A DNA stretch of 64,000 nucleotides from Azolla caroliniana (lineage: Eukaryota; Plantae; Polypodiophyta): NCBI GenBank assembly GCA_043228905.1, contig JBHGNT010000013.1, forward strand, positions 9,920,001 to 9,984,000. Direction: 5' to 3'. This document shows positions 21,944 to 36,000 of this stretch, piece after piece (the stretch's first letter is position 1; every line of letters begins with the position of its first letter). The translations under genes and the position numbers were made by a program. The notes beneath the pieces were generated by a model. It made no database searches, was not told the DNA's origin, and saw only the letters and a program-made list of their open reading frames with translations.

Positions 21944-24900
21944 ATGGAACAAGTTTTGAATGTTGTTGGAGCAATCTCTCCGACTGAGACTTCTCAACTC
22001 CAATCTACATCTTGCACACAAGCTGAGATCACTATTGAGCAATTGCTCACTACTACCTTGAATCAATTGGCCGAAATAAGGCAGGCCAATATGACATTGG
22101 AAAAGAAATTCCAAGAATTGACTATTGAGTCCAAGAAAAAAGGTGAACCTTCTTTCGTAGTAACGCCATTTAAGGAAGATAAGAAAGAAAGAACCGAGGA
22201 GGCCATTAGCACTTGGCTTGGTCGTTAGGAGTCTCACTTTGAGCTCCACCCCAAGCCCGATGCTGTAAAAATTGGTTATGTCGTTTGTGAGTTAGGTGGC
22301 CGAGCTACTGCTTGCTGGCGCGACCTAAGGACTGCAAAGAACTTACCCACAACTTGGGAAGGTTTCGTTGATGTTTTTAAGAAACAGTTTTTGCAACCAC
22401 CTTCTCAAATTGAACAAGCGCAACACTTGCTCACGTTGTCAAGTAAGCCATTTACCTCTCTCGAGGATTATGTGCATCATGCTCAAACCCAAATCCAAAA
22501 ATCGGGACTTATGGGTGAGAAATGGTTTTTTGCTTGCTTTTTGAATGGTATTCCCAATGGGGATTACCATTGGATTGTCCATGACAAGGACCCCACAACT
22601 TTTGAGGAAGCCATCAACATTGTACTTCGGTACCATAGGACTTCCAAGAAAGAGTACAATAAGCCTAAGTTCGCCAAAAATCTAAATGTCAAGTTCATTG
22701 GGAAATGTAAGCAATCCAGTGACACTCTTGACCGCGACTCGAAGCTATTCTGTGCATATTGCAAGAAGCGGGGTCACACAAGGGATACATGTCATCATCT
22801 TGAGAGGAAGTCAATGAACATCCCTCCTCAAAACAAATCTACGAGTCACACAAGTGAGTCTTTTGATGTTATTGAAGTTCATACCAACCACTTAAGTTCA
22901 TGTGAATGCACTTTTCCTTCACATTTACTTGGACCTAATGATTTACTCCGAGCAGTCCGGTAGATCAATGGAACACAAGCACATTTCTTGTTTGATTCCG
23001 GTAGTTCTCACAATTTTCTTAATGATCACTTTGTGCAGCAAATGGAATTCCACATAAACGCAAGTGATCATATCTATCAAGTTCACATGGCAAATGGAAG
23101 CATTCAATACATCAGTGGCATTGATTGTCAACTGCCAATTCAAATAGATACCTATTTGGAGAAGCTAGACTTTCATGTTATGAAACTACAATCTGCAGAT
23201 GTCATTTTAGGATACCCTTGGTTTTTTAATAAAAACCCTTCTTTGTCCATTGATTGGGTTAATCACTCAATCACATTTGAACTTAATAATTGTAAACATT
23301 TTATTCAATGTTCCAAACTTCCTTCTCATTCACTTGTGTCTTGTAAATCTTTAAGTGAGTATTCTAGTTCATTAATTTATTCGTGTGTAATTGATCTTGC
23401 GCTTCAATTTTATTATTTTAATATTGTCGCCGCACAATTACCACATTATGAACAATTACTCGACTCTATTTTTAGACAATTTTCAAGTTTCCTAACGAAT
23501 TGCCGCTTACTTTACCACCAAAACATAATGTGGACCATCAAATTGAACTCATCCCTTGTGTTGTTCCTGTGAGCATTCCACCTTACCAACTTAGTCAATT
23601 AGAAGAGGATGAGATCGCTAAACAACTTAAGGAATACTTGAGTATGGGCCACATTAGGTATAGTAAATCACCTTGGGGTGTGCCAATTCTATTAGTTAAG
23701 AAGAAGGAAGGTTCATGGCAAATGTGTATCAATTATCGCCGTTTGAATAAAATTACAATTAAAAATGTATATCCGTTACCTCATGTCGATGATTTGATTG
23801 ATCATTTGCATGGGCCCGATATTTTACGAAAATTGACTTACGAATAGGTTATCATCATATTCGCATTGCCGAGGATGATATTCCTAAAATCGCTTTTCGT
23901 ACGTGCTATGGCCATTATGAGTTTTTAGTCATGCCTTTCGGGTTGACTAATGCTCCAACCACATTCCAACAAGCGATGAATGACGTTTTTCGAGATCAAC
24001 TCAGTGATTTTTTTGTTGTCTTCTTGGATGATATTTTGATATATAACTGTACCTTGCAAGATCATGTTCAACATGTTCGATTTGTTTTGCAAAAGTTGTG
24101 TGACAACTCTTTCTATGCAAAACATTCAACATGTGATTTTTTCCAAAAATCTATTGTGCACCTAGGCCATTTAATTACGGAAAATGGCATTGAAATTGAA
24201 CCTTCTCGTATTGAAAAGGTTAAACTTTGGCCCATTCCTCGTAATATTCGTGAATGCGATCATTCTTAGGGTTTGTTGGATTTTTACGAAAATCAATTCG
24301 TAACTATTCCAAATTGACTACGCCATTAACTGACCTTTTAAAAGGTTATCCACGTAAGTCTGTTAAACTGATTGTATGGAATGAACAACTTGACAAATCA
24401 TTTGAGACACTCAAAGAGCATGTGTGTCAGGCTCCCACTCTTCTATTATCTGATCCTTCCAAGCCTTTCTCAATCGAAACCGATGCTAGTGATTATGCTA
24501 TTGGTGTCATCCTTTATCAAGGCGGTCACCCTAATGCTTTTGAAAGTAAAAGGCTTGATGCTACTCAATCTTGGTATTCGGTTCAAGAGAAAGAGTTGTT
24601 CGTGGTAATACATGCATTAAAAACATGGGCAATATCTCTATGTAAATCAATTTGTGGTTACAACAGACCATCAATCCTTGAAATATTTTTGTGACCAGCT
24701 AGATATTGTTGGTCGTAAAGGACGTTGGGCTAACCTTATGCAAGATTTTGATTTTTCCATACAATATCGCAACGGTTCTATGAACACAGTTGCGGATGCT
24801 CTTAGTCACATTAAAGAAGTTAACATGCTCGGCTTCACGGAAATAAAATCTGACTTTTTAGATTTCCTACGAGGGAATACCTTGATGACAATTATTTCTC

Positions 24901-26450
24901 AAAATACTGGATGAAAGCCGAATCTGGTTTAGATGACATTACTAGCACCCTACCCTCAAAGGCAACCTTTCACATTACAAAAAGTTTGCTCTACCATAGT
25001 GGAAATGTCTATGTTCCAGATTTACCAAACGTAAAATAGAAAATTCTTCATGAATGTCATGATGCACCATCTGCGGGTCATCCTGGAGTGCAACGCACAC
25101 TCGTTCTCATCTCAAGTACTTCTTTCTGGCCTAATATGCGCTCTGATGTGCATAAATACATAACCCAATGCTTACAATGTCAGATTAATAAGTCGGAACG
25201 ACTTAAAGCTGTTGGTCTTTTACATCCCTTAGACATTCCCAACAACAAATGGGAAAGTATCTCGATGGATTTTATTGTTAGTTTACCTCGTACACAGAGG
25301 GGTCATGATGTCATTTGGGTTGCCATTGACAGACTAACAAAATTGGCTAGATTTATTCCTACCAAAACCACAGTAACCGCTCAACAACTGGCTTATCAAT
25401 TTGTTGATGAGTTTTTTCGTTTTTATGGATTACCTATGGATATTGTTAGTGATCAAGATTCCAAGTTTAGTAGTGACTTTTGGACTCAAGTCTTTAAGAA
25501 ACTAGAAACTACGTTGAGCATGAGTTCCGCAAATCATCCTCAGTCTGATGGAAAAATTGAACAAGTTAATCAAATTATTGAGGATATGCTTCAAGCTTAT
25601 GTAGCAAAAACCCCTTCTAAGTGGGAGCAATACCTTCCTATCTTAGAATTTGCCTATAATAGCTCTAAACATACATCCACTACATACAGTCCTTTTATGT
25701 TGATGTATGGTTTTCAGCCACATGCCCCAGTTGACATCACGATTCATTGTGATACATTAGACAGTACACGCAATTTTTTGCAAGACATGAACCAAATGTT
25801 GCATATTGCCAAAGAAAATGTCAAGACAGCTCAAGATCGTGCTCGATTTTATGTTGATCAAGAGAGACGTCCTCGTGCATTTACTATTAGTCAAAAAAAA
25901 AAAATTGTGTCCCTACTAACTCTACGTCATTTTCTACGGGCAAGTGCACTAAGTTAGCCCCACAATATTTTATGTTGATTTTATGTTGATCAGGAGAGAC
26001 GTCCTCGTGCATTTACTATTAGTCAAAAAGTTTTTTTGTGTGTCCCTACTAACTCTACGTCATTTTCTACGGGCAAGTGCACTAAGTTAGCCCCACAATA
26101 TTGTGGCCCATTTGAAATCCTTAAGCAAGTTGGGTCATTTGCTTATCACCTTGCCTTACCCCGTAACGTTGGTATTCATCCTGTTTTTCACGTCAATCGT
26201 CTAAACCCATTTTTAGGCTATGGCGATAACACCATCACAATCCAAGATCTTGTAACATTAGAGGATTTTTCTTACAAACCTCATGTTCCTGAACGAATTC
26301 TTGATTCTCGTACTAAACGTTTACGTTCTAAAGAGATTCGGCTATTCAAGATCAAATGGATGGATAAACCTATTAATGATGCCACATGGGAACGCGAGCA
26401 TACTCTTAAGGCACAATTTCCTCACTTCATATTGCAAGAGTGCAATCTTT
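21944..26450 (+). pseudogene. gag-pol of the Met-primed chromovirus (many frameshifts)
   Basis: CAYCKKRGHTRDTC knuckle, FDSGSSHNF, FLDDILIY, ETDASDYAIG, WESISMDFI, HPQSDG, chromodomain PERILDSR...IKW...ATWE. Confidence 0.9.
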
Positions 26451-26848
26451 TAAAGTATGGGAGTATGTTATGTACACATAACATTGGTGAGGGTAGGTCA
26501 CTAATATTTACATTAGTGAAGGCTATGTTCACTAATGTTAAAAAATGGGCTAATGTGATTGGATAGAAGGAATGATAGGTGCATGCACTATCATGATTTG
26601 GGCAACCAATTAATGGAGGCCCTTTTAGAAAGGCGCATCTATTCAAGGGGGCTAGGAAAATGTATAAATATGGGGCTTAGCTACCCTCATAAGCACATTA
26701 CGTCGGAAGGTTGCTGTCTTAGACACCGGTGGTGCGGGCTAGGATTTCGTCTCGACGATCGTGTTAATCTCTTCCCAGGTATTAGTCATCCTAATATCCA
26801 ATGGTATGGGACGTCGATGGTAGGTTGGCTATGTCTAGATCATAGCTT

Positions 26849-27541
26849 TGACAAGAACTACGCGCTCCCTTTGCTCAACGCTCGGCCACAACCGAGCCTA
26901 GAATAAAACACAGAAAAACAGGAATGAATACACACGACACAAAGGAGAGAAGAGTACACAGGATGTTTACGTGGAAAACCCAAACTCGGGAAAAACCACG
27001 GCAGCCCACAGACCGCGAACTATCACTATGTCAGAATGTACAATAAGAAAGCACCGAGGCCACGACCTCGAGCTTGCTATCTTCGCCACAGGTGGCAGTT
27101 ACAATCAGAGGCAACGACCTCTTCCTCTCTCTCACTCTCTCTGTACACAGTTGCACGCTCTAATCTTGCGCCAATAAGAATGACAACCACGCTATTCTCT
27201 GTTTGCCCTAAGTCATATTTATACTAATATGACTTTTCGGCTATTTACAAATATAGCCCCGATGGACTCTCAGAGACATATTTACAAATATTTCCCTTCA
27301 TCCGATGAGCACTTCTCACCTGGCCTCCACCATCCGGCTCTTGCCGGGTACTCCTCATCCGGTTCACACCGGGTCTTCCGTAGCCGGGTACTCCTCATCC
27401 GGCACTTGCCGGGTACACCACATCCGGTTCTCACCGGGTCTTCCGTAGCCAGGTACTCCTCATCCGGTTTCGGCCTCGGTCGAGTTTGCTCATCAGTATT
27501 GTTCTTCTCACTTCCCATCTGGAGGGACTTGTTTCCTAACA
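26849..27541 (-). mobile_element. copia solo LTR inside the 3' LTR of the chromovirus; TSD AGCTT
   Basis: TSD at 26844-26848 and 27542-27546; TG...CA; reverse-complement homology to the LTRs at 45413 and 47149. Confidence 0.92.
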
Positions 27542-28699
27542 AGCTTGGGGGTGGTTGGGTGGAACAGGTTCTTCAATCCAATCTATTTTCCTTGTTTTAC
27601 TTTACTTTGGTCTATTGATTAGTAATAGACTCTTAACACTAATCAAGTCAACTAGAATATTTTGTGAGCAAGTTACGATGTACTTAAGGCTTGAAGTATG
27701 TATCATTGACTTCAAATAAGTACTATCTAGCATTATCATGTATCTAGGGAGTTGGGTGATATTAAATGACAAGTTAGTTGACAGAAAAGGAATATCTCCA
27801 CTACTATCAACTGACTTGCACATTTAATGTTATACTCAGACCAAACATAGAATATAATCCACTTTCTTACACAATGGTTGGATTGATCATTGGTCCCCAC
27901 TAGTTTTGTAGCAAGTTGGTCCAAATCCCATCTAAGCTCTAAGGTGTGAGCGCATGGGTGAACTACCATTGTGAGCTACTCTCATATGTAATAGAAGTTT
28001 TGTTTTCATATATCCATCTTTTGTGGTTGTAACTCTATATACCTATCTAATCGATTCTCAATATTTCTAACATGTTTAGTGTAAACTATGTGTCTAAACT
28101 TCTGCATTCGTTTCCCTACCTGTATTCTGCATTGTGTATTGTGTAAGCCGAGCGGTTGTAGCTGACTCGAGTCTAGGTTCAAGGTATGTATGTGTATTGG
28201 ATCAGCCGATCAGGTATCGTTTTGTGTGACCATACCTTTACGTGTTCTATGTACAGTTGCACTCATGGACGTGCGACCGACTAGTACTATCCAGCATCAA
28301 ACTACAAGACCTTGATCTAGATACTTAAGGAGTAAGTATCCGACCCGTGTTATACCAGGAGGGTATAACAAAAACCTCCCTATCATGAGGCAATTATGCT
28401 ACAATCTATCTTCCGTACTGCTTTCAATCGTATGTTGCTAACACTGATCGAAGGCATGCACGAACTAGACGGTCTCCAATGTATTTGTTACGTGATCACA
28501 ATGATGGAATGTAAAAATACGTCTCATTCCAATTCTTGGAGCCCTTGTCTTGTTTGTGAGCTTCTACCATGACCAAGTTGATACTAATCAACCCAATCAT
28601 CCATGTCATCATCATCTTCCTCGGACAATGCAATGACATGTACCTATAGGTTAGTTACATCATGTCAAGGGAAAAAAGAGTTGCCCAATTATAAATTAC

Positions 28700-29030
28700 G
28701 AAGTTATAATATAATTTACCATCAAACACATGAAGGATCTCAATCCATTGGGCCTTCCTCCATTTTAAGCGTTTTTTTCTTGACAAACCATCTGATACTT
28801 TCATGGTCTAATAAAACATCGAGTGTGGCAACATAGAAATAAAGATGGCATCGCTTAAGAGCGTGCATTATAGAAAAATAAGTACTTTTCATTTGTAGTG
28901 TATATTTGCTGGGCTTCTTCCAACTTTTTCTCTCAAATCCAAATGGTCTTCGATCTTGGAGTAACACAAACAAAACCCATTTGAAAATATGACTTGCATT
29001 GGTTTCAAGAACAAATGTTTATTTAACAAA
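28700..29030 (-). pseudogene. Highly degenerate Ty3/gypsy RNase H fragment
   Basis: FVLETNAS, VLLQDRRPFGFE, SIMHALKRCHLY resemble the ETDAS / VLxQ / HALKxWRHY motifs. Confidence 0.5.
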
Positions 29031-30894
29031 AGAATCATTAGCTTACATGTATAATGATTGAAAGTCCAAAAAAGAACGTAACATTAGACTCTAAGCCGCA
29101 AGCTTAAGGTTATAAAGCATAAACTCTAGCATTGTTTCTAATTCAAATTTCTAATGGAGTTAAATCCTTTCACATTGTGACTTAGCACCAAATGTCTTCC
29201 CATCAATACTTTCACGCAATTCAATTCATCTTTCATCATCACCATAAAACATAGTTAATAAACTCATCATCCTTATCTTGAAAATTCCTATGTGGAAGTG
29301 AACGATCATAGCCTCTAGAGAGGTCCAACACTATAATTCCTTTACTTTTGTCAAAGTTAAGAAAACTCAATCCCAATGAGCATTGTTAAACGCACACTTG
29401 AATTGCAACTTTATGGAAAGACTCATCTCAAGATGGGATTAAATTCTTACATAAAAACTACTATTTGTCTTCTAGGAGAACATGTATTGGCAAAAAGCAC
29501 CGGTTACAAAGCTTGGCACTAGGTTAATATAACATATCATTCATATTCAAACAAATAAAAATAAGCCTTGTTCAAACTCCAAAGATATAAACTAGAAGAA
29601 AATGTGTAACATCGACAAACTTAGAAGCATGTATCCATGTGCTTGACTTGTTGAAACAACATGACTGTAATGAAATTTGAACCTAGTCATGTTATATAAT
29701 TGAAATGGCCACTCTAAATGTTTGGACGACATAGAGAATCAAATGACCATACAAACATGTGGTTATGTAAAACCTCATATATATATCAATTGGGAGTTTA
29801 GTTTTCTCTTGCAAATCAAATTGTGCTTCTCCATCTTAGTACAGAAAGGGATTTGTATATGTTTGACAAACGATGGTCGTAATTAGTGTATGTGAGCAAG
29901 AATATATATGTCTAATATTAAATTTGGTAGGTTTTCGTTGTATCTTAGGTTAATGTTGTCATGCTAGTCTTCTTGGCCCAAAATCACCCTTTTATGAATA
30001 TATTTTTATAATTATAGCATGAAACATAGAAGTAGAAGCATGCAATTTTCACACCATTGCATACACTAGACATGCTCGATATAAAAACCGAAACTCACAT
30101 GAGCAATTCAAGAGCATGCATGTGAACTCGAAGATATAGAAACCTTTGAAGAAATGCTACCTCATTGCCACCTCAACAAATTTGTAATGAGTAAGAAAAT
30201 GATGGTCTTCCATTTTAAGTATAATAATTCTAGCTTCGAAGCAACAGAGTCATTCATAACCCCTCCATGTTTCATCAATCATGAGAAAAGTCAAAAAAGA
30301 TTAGACGTGGGGAAGTAGATTCCATGTAAGCAAGAGTGACTTGATTGACATGATGTCGAGATGTGTGCGATAATTTCGTTCAACTAAAAAGAAACGAAGA
30401 GCAAGAAGGGCAAGGGGATGGAAGTCATGGGCATGGCGAAGGAAGTGTGCACGATACATCGTGGAATCAATCATGTCATGTTTGCTATGTCGTCTTCCAA
30501 GGGAGTGGGAATGAAGTGGAGGAGGAACCGAGACTCTCGGAATAAATCTCAACACATACCGCCCCGCCCCTTGCCTTTGTTTGTGTGCGAGAGTACACAC
30601 GACACACACAACACAACACAACACAACACAAAGAAAAGAGGAGTGCACCATCACCGTTTTCCATTTGAATTAATGGTAAGGAAGGGGAGCACGACGATAA
30701 AACCCACCCTCCATTTTCCATTCTAACTTTGGAAGAAGAAGAAGAAGAAGAAAGAAGAAAGAACATGAAAGAGCTTTCCATTCCAAAAGACACGTTTGGC
30801 TAAATAGAGACGCATGTTTTTGTTTTTGTTTTTGTTTTTCTTTTTTTACCGATAAAAAAGAACGGATAAAATATGTACATACATACGTGTTATC

Positions 30895-31000
30895 TAGAGC
30901 CACGTCAGCGATAGAAAGGCACGCTGCCAGCTGTAAAAGAGTCGTTGACGTGGAGGGAGGGGGACCTAGGTTCCCGCGCGATTGAAGACACGTGGCGGAA
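30895..31000 (+). promoter_or_regulatory. Clustered ACGT-core elements (ABRE/G-box) upstream of the host gene
   Basis: GCCACGTCA 30899-30907, TGACGTGG ~30946, CGCG ~30975, GACACGTGGC 30987-30996, followed by a (GAA)n/(CT)n-rich leader. Confidence 0.55.
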
Positions 31001-31084
31001 GCCCATTCGTGGGGATCCGCTGATTAAAAAGCTGCGTTTATCAGCAGGAGCGGGAGAAAGAAGAAGAAGAAGAAGAAGAAGAGA

Positions 31085-31134
<50 letters not shown>

Positions 31135-31174
31135 GTGCCTGTATTATATGCACGATCGCTAGGGTTTCATTGCA

Positions 31175-33078
31175 ATGCAGCAGAGATCCATGGAACACGA
31201 AGAAGAAGAAGAAGAAGAAGAAGAAGAAGAAGGAAAGGAATTAGGGAAAGAATCATCCTTCACAGATGGCCATGTCACCGACCTCGCTCAACAGATCGCA
31301 GGAGGCTCCATGCTTGATGACGAAGACGAACGCAAATATGAGCACATTATCAAGGAGCTGCATGATCAGAGTCTGGGGATAACAGTCTCTACACGCCCCA
31401 TGCAGGTGGTATGCATACTGCCATAGCCGCCACATCTCTGGACCTTCTCTTTCTGCTTCTTGACGCTTTCCCCTTCGCCATGTTCACTCTCTTCTACTGC
31501 TTGTTCTTTTTATCTTGATAGGCGTCTGAATAACCACCTTTCTTTCTTTCTTTCTTTCCTCTCCTTGATTTTGCGCAGTGTAGTCGCAATGCCCCTCCAT
31601 TGGAATGGAGATTCAGGACCTGCCAAGGAGAACGTGCAATTGCTAGCCATGACACACCAATGCAGCAGAAGAAGAAGGTAGCTGAGGAGCGAAGGCTATA
31701 TAGAGGTGATCACAAGAATACCGACGCTTATATGAAAATGCTTTACGCTGAGCTTCTGAGGATGAAGATCGAGAGCAGGTACACAAGAGAAATAGCAAGC
31801 CTCGCTGAACAAGAGGAGTACATAGGCAAAAAGCGCTTGCATCAGGTAAATGAATGCATAGATCTCTGTCTGTCTATCTGTCTGTCTGCCTGTCAAGCTT
31901 TCAAATGTAGCAAATACGTGAAGAGGAAGGGCAAAGCGGCATCAGGTAAATGAATAGATCGCTGTCTGTCTGTCTGTCTGTCTGTCAAGATTTCAAATGT
32001 AGCAAATACGTGAAGGGAAGGGCGAAGGGCGAAGCGGTTGGATGACTCAATCTTAGGTGTGTAAATGCTCTTGTTTTTTTGTTTTTGCTTTCAACAGCAG
32101 CAAATTGAGGCTTACAAGGTGCAGGCAATGAGAGCAAGGGTTGCTCTTCCAATTGATGTACTGTCATCACCTAATTTAAATAATCGTCATCAAAATCATC
32201 TTCATCACCGGCATCATCAGCAAACAAGTTGTGGTGGATCGGGGATGCGTGCAGTGTTCCTTGCAACCCACAGTAGCTCCCAACGTGAGTGTGGCGGCAC
32301 TGGCGTCTTCCTCCCTCGTGGAAGGACGCCCAGCCATGGATATAATTCTCTAGAAAGCAAGAGGAAGCCAGGTAACCCTGTAACTATCTGCACAGGCAGT
32401 AATTGTCTGATTCATTCTGAAAGTATAGATGCTTCCCATTTCATTGGAAAAGAATGTCTCAGAGTCCTAGCGTTATAATTCTTCCATTTTGATTCCCTTC
32501 CCTCTCTCACTCTCTTCTATGTTTTCTCCTAATCTTCTGCTGCTTCTTCACCATCGCCACAGCTTGCTCCACTGTCCTTCTTCCTTCTCGCATTGTCCAA
32601 GCTCTAAACCTCAATGTCGAAGACACCATCTCCGGTTCGCTACCTCGATTTGCATCTGGCAAAGGTAGTCAGGAAGAATCCTCTAATAAATAATACTCCT
32701 AAGAAAAGATCCAAAATAAGCGACAGATGCGTAGCAATCAATGGGTTGTGGTTCTGGTGGGGGTTTAGGTTGTTATGGAATAATAGAGTTTGGTCTAAGC
32801 CATTTGTCTGGAACCAGATTGAGAAATGTCTAGGGTTTTGTTTTGTCTCTTCATTTTTGTATTGGATCTTTGCAGAGCACCCCCTAGTGTGGCATGGAGA
32901 TGCACACCATAAGATCAGAGGTAGCGAGGTATGGAACACCCCGGAGATGATATGGCCACGATCTTACTACTACTCACATGGAAGAGGAGGAGGAGGAGGA
33001 GCAGGAGCAGGAGGGAGAACAAGTTCAAATGCTCATGAAGACAATATTCTCAGGCTTCCCAGTGATTGGACCTACTGA
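31175..33078 (+). CDS. Plant-specific uncharacterised protein (MRAVFL / GTGVFLP / STVLLP / LPxxWTY family); exons 31175-31405, 31579-31845, 32098-32371, 32563-32664, 32876-33078
   Basis: All four introns are GT-AG with consistent phases (0,0,1,1); spliced product contains GGSGMRAVFL, ECGGTGVFLPR, KPACSTVLLPSRIVQALNLN and terminal LPSDWTY*. Confidence 0.88.
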
Positions 33079-36000
33079 GACAGACAGACAGACAGACATC
33101 AATGATGGACAGAAAACTAATACAAAATAAAGATAGATGGAGAAGATAATCAAGCTGTACTATTGTACCATTACATATAGCATACAAACTGATTTAGGTT
33201 TCTCTTTTCTTTTTTCTTTAAAAAGCATAACTTATGATTAGCTTGATCTCCCACTAATCATCACCCACCAAACTGATCCACGAACTAACTAATACCAACC
33301 AGCCCATATTAAGCGTTTCTTGCACACACAAGGGAGAAAAGAAAAGAGAAATATATGAAGTATAAACAAGTTACAATAAATGACAATAATAAGAAGAATG
33401 AGATATGGTTGGTGCTGGATTTTGTTTGTGTGTGGATGGATGAATGTTGGCTCAAATGTGTTCCTCTTTTTCTTTATGCCTGGTTTCTACGTTTCCCACA
33501 TCCCGTTTCACACCACAACCGAGTGAAATCATCCCCAATGCATCTTAAATCTGTTCATACGATTCGAAACAAAAGAATTGCCTTGCCGCTCTCCAGAAAA
33601 CAGATTCTTTTGTTGCCTAATGAGTGTCTAGTGTCTCTTGAAATGCAAGTTGCTTGGATTACTTGAACACATTTATGTCTCTCCTCTTCTTTGCCGGTTA
33701 GTATCAAGCAATCTCAAATCCATGCATACAACTGAACGTGTACAATTTGCAATTCCCAAGGATGTGTCTTGCGAGACAAGGTGTTGAATAATCATACCCA
33801 TGCTTCCCATACACAGGTTTTGTCAAACACTTCGCTTCATAAATAAGCCGGACTCTTGAAGTACACAACCTTATCAGAAACTGCATGTACATGGGGCATT
33901 TCCTTATGGGATCTACATTAATTTTTAAGGTTCTCAAAAACTAGATAAATATAATTCAAGGCCTACTTTAGTAGGTGAGCATAACAAATGACAATGTGAA
34001 ACCAATCCTCCTTTACAAATCATATAAGGAACTTTAAGTGTTCCCATAAATTCGAATGAAATGAGATCATGTAGATTTACGAGTGTAGATTGATTAAAAC
34101 ATAAATGGATGATGCATTGGGTAAAGTGCTCTTTACAGCCCCAAGCTTTGGGTTCATGCCTCGAACAATTAGTTTGAAGTTGCGTTCATTCCAAAAAGCC
34201 GCCATATTGTTTTGATCATGCACATTGACTCCTAGCTACCAAGAACGACTTTAAAATCCACTTTCCAAAACCCAAGGGGTATATAATCATGCACTCTAAA
34301 TATTTGCTCCCACAAGAAATGCCTTTACAATTCACTTTCTACAATCAAATGTTTAAAACAATGCTAATAAAATCACGATCGGTGAGCTCAAACAATGCAC
34401 CATATTATTAGAGTAACTCTCTCATTGAGCATTCACTCCACCCCAACAATATGCTTTTAAAAAGATGGCTTTACAAACTCATTTCCATAACCCCAAGGTT
34501 CAAACTATCATTGTAGAAAATGGCTTTAGATTGGGTTCATATTAATCTTTTGCATTATTTAAGCTTCACTTATTACTTATCTTTAATTTAAGAAATTTAC
34601 CAACATATCACTTACTTGTCCTTTTCTGAAGAGAAACTGAATAATAGAATCAGTGCCTTGTTAACTTTTTTTACAAAGATGAAATAAAAATCAAGTTAGT
34701 TGAGTGCACACCTACTTGCAAAGGATAATAACATTGATGGTCACCTTACCTCCTAATTATGTACTGAATGCAATATTTTTTGTATTAACAAAATATTGGC
34801 TAGAAGTAATGGCACCATAATCACTGGTTAATATGGATTTCCAACAAAAGGATTTACACCATTTCAAAATTTGGATTGTGCTTCCTTGGTACATTTACCA
34901 TTTTAGTTGTTATTAACCATTAAGACGTTAAAACAAACCACATAGGAAATCAACAAGATTCATTTCACTATGAGCATAGAAGACACTTTATGAGGTTTAA
35001 AAAGTATTTTGCAAAGATAAGGGCAAGATGCAAATGCAAACAAAGTTTGATAACTATCGTCACAAAAACAGCACAAAAGGCCATCAAATTTTCAAGAACT
35101 AAAAACTTGACAAGTACATTGTCAAATGGAAAAATAAGAGAAATGGTTCAAACTTCATAGCCTACCTACCTAGCCATCTAGCATGACGTGTGATCTACAA
35201 GTGCACTTGATGCTCCAAGATTTGGTCGTATGATAAATCTTCTCTCTTCATGAGTTTAATGGAACGTACCATTGTCAACACTCATCTTGACTAGAAAAGC
35301 GGGAGGTTGCTGGCAATAAGCATCCATTTCAATGTGGACCCTTCCCCCTACTTCATCATGGATAACAAACCCACACATTGTTCTACCTTTGTATTTAGTG
35401 GACTCATTAAACATTCACTTAAGTAGCATTCACTACATCACACAAATGCCTACTCATTCTTTGTGTAAACATTCAACGCACATCATAACTTCCATTTGCA
35501 CATGATGTGTCATATATAAAAACGGGGACTTACCAATGTATTGCTTTTGTTTATGCCTTCCTTATGTTTGAAGATTTTGATCCACACAATGTTGATAGTG
35601 GTTTCAAGCCCCCAAGGAATGCTTTAGGACTTTTGTTCCTCCTTTCAATCAAACTTACATCACACTTTCATCACTTTTTTGTTACCTTGATATACAAATT
35701 TACTTACCCCTTTCCAACTATGTAAACTATGAAACATTACCACAAAAAAGCCCTTCAGTTTCTTCATTGTTTATTCCTTAAAACCATTAATCATTACGGC
35801 AATGATTGCAATCAATCATATTGAAGGAATCACTCCTTCAAAGAGAAAAGCAATGTTTGATGTACTGAGTTCTCATTCAGGTTTTAATATGAATAGTTGT
35901 CGATAGTAATTATGAAAGACATTGTTGCAACTAACTAAACCCAAAAACCATCCATACCGATAATTGAATCTAGGTATGAATAATGTCATGATTAAAACTC

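Larger units (their letters stand above)
19713..27638 (+). mobile_element. Ty3/gypsy chromovirus (Reina/Tekay-like, PBS-Met), decayed; TSD CTAAT
   Basis: TSD at 19708-19712 and 27639-27643; LTRs 19713-20176 and 26466-27638; PBS TGGTATCAGAGC 20178-20189; PPT before 26466. Confidence 0.92.
5315..28072 (+). mobile_element. Old Ty1/copia element hosting the nested insertions (internally deleted)
   Basis: 5' LTR end 5315-5553 matches 3' LTR end ~27766-28072 (both end TTTCTAACA). PBS-Met TGGTATCAGAG at 5554-5564. gag at 5651-6186 resumes at 17316. Integrase at ~17540-18125. Purine tract at 18550-18561. The left boundary of the 3' LTR is uncertain. Confidence 0.8.

Noticed and set aside
25847-26100. 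~130-bp duplication in chromovirus integrase
   Set aside because: Ordinary post-insertion tandem duplication in an already inactive element.
28073-28443. TG...CA-bounded segment as a solo LTR
   Set aside because: No TSD and no second copy in the window.
30301-31244. Short ORFs upstream of the host gene
   Set aside because: Low-complexity translations of microsatellites in the promoter and 5' UTR.
34100-35900. Possible decayed hAT-like transposase on minus (MFNEST-like motif near 35400)
   Set aside because: Only one weak motif, no sustained frame or terminal repeats; needs tBLASTn.
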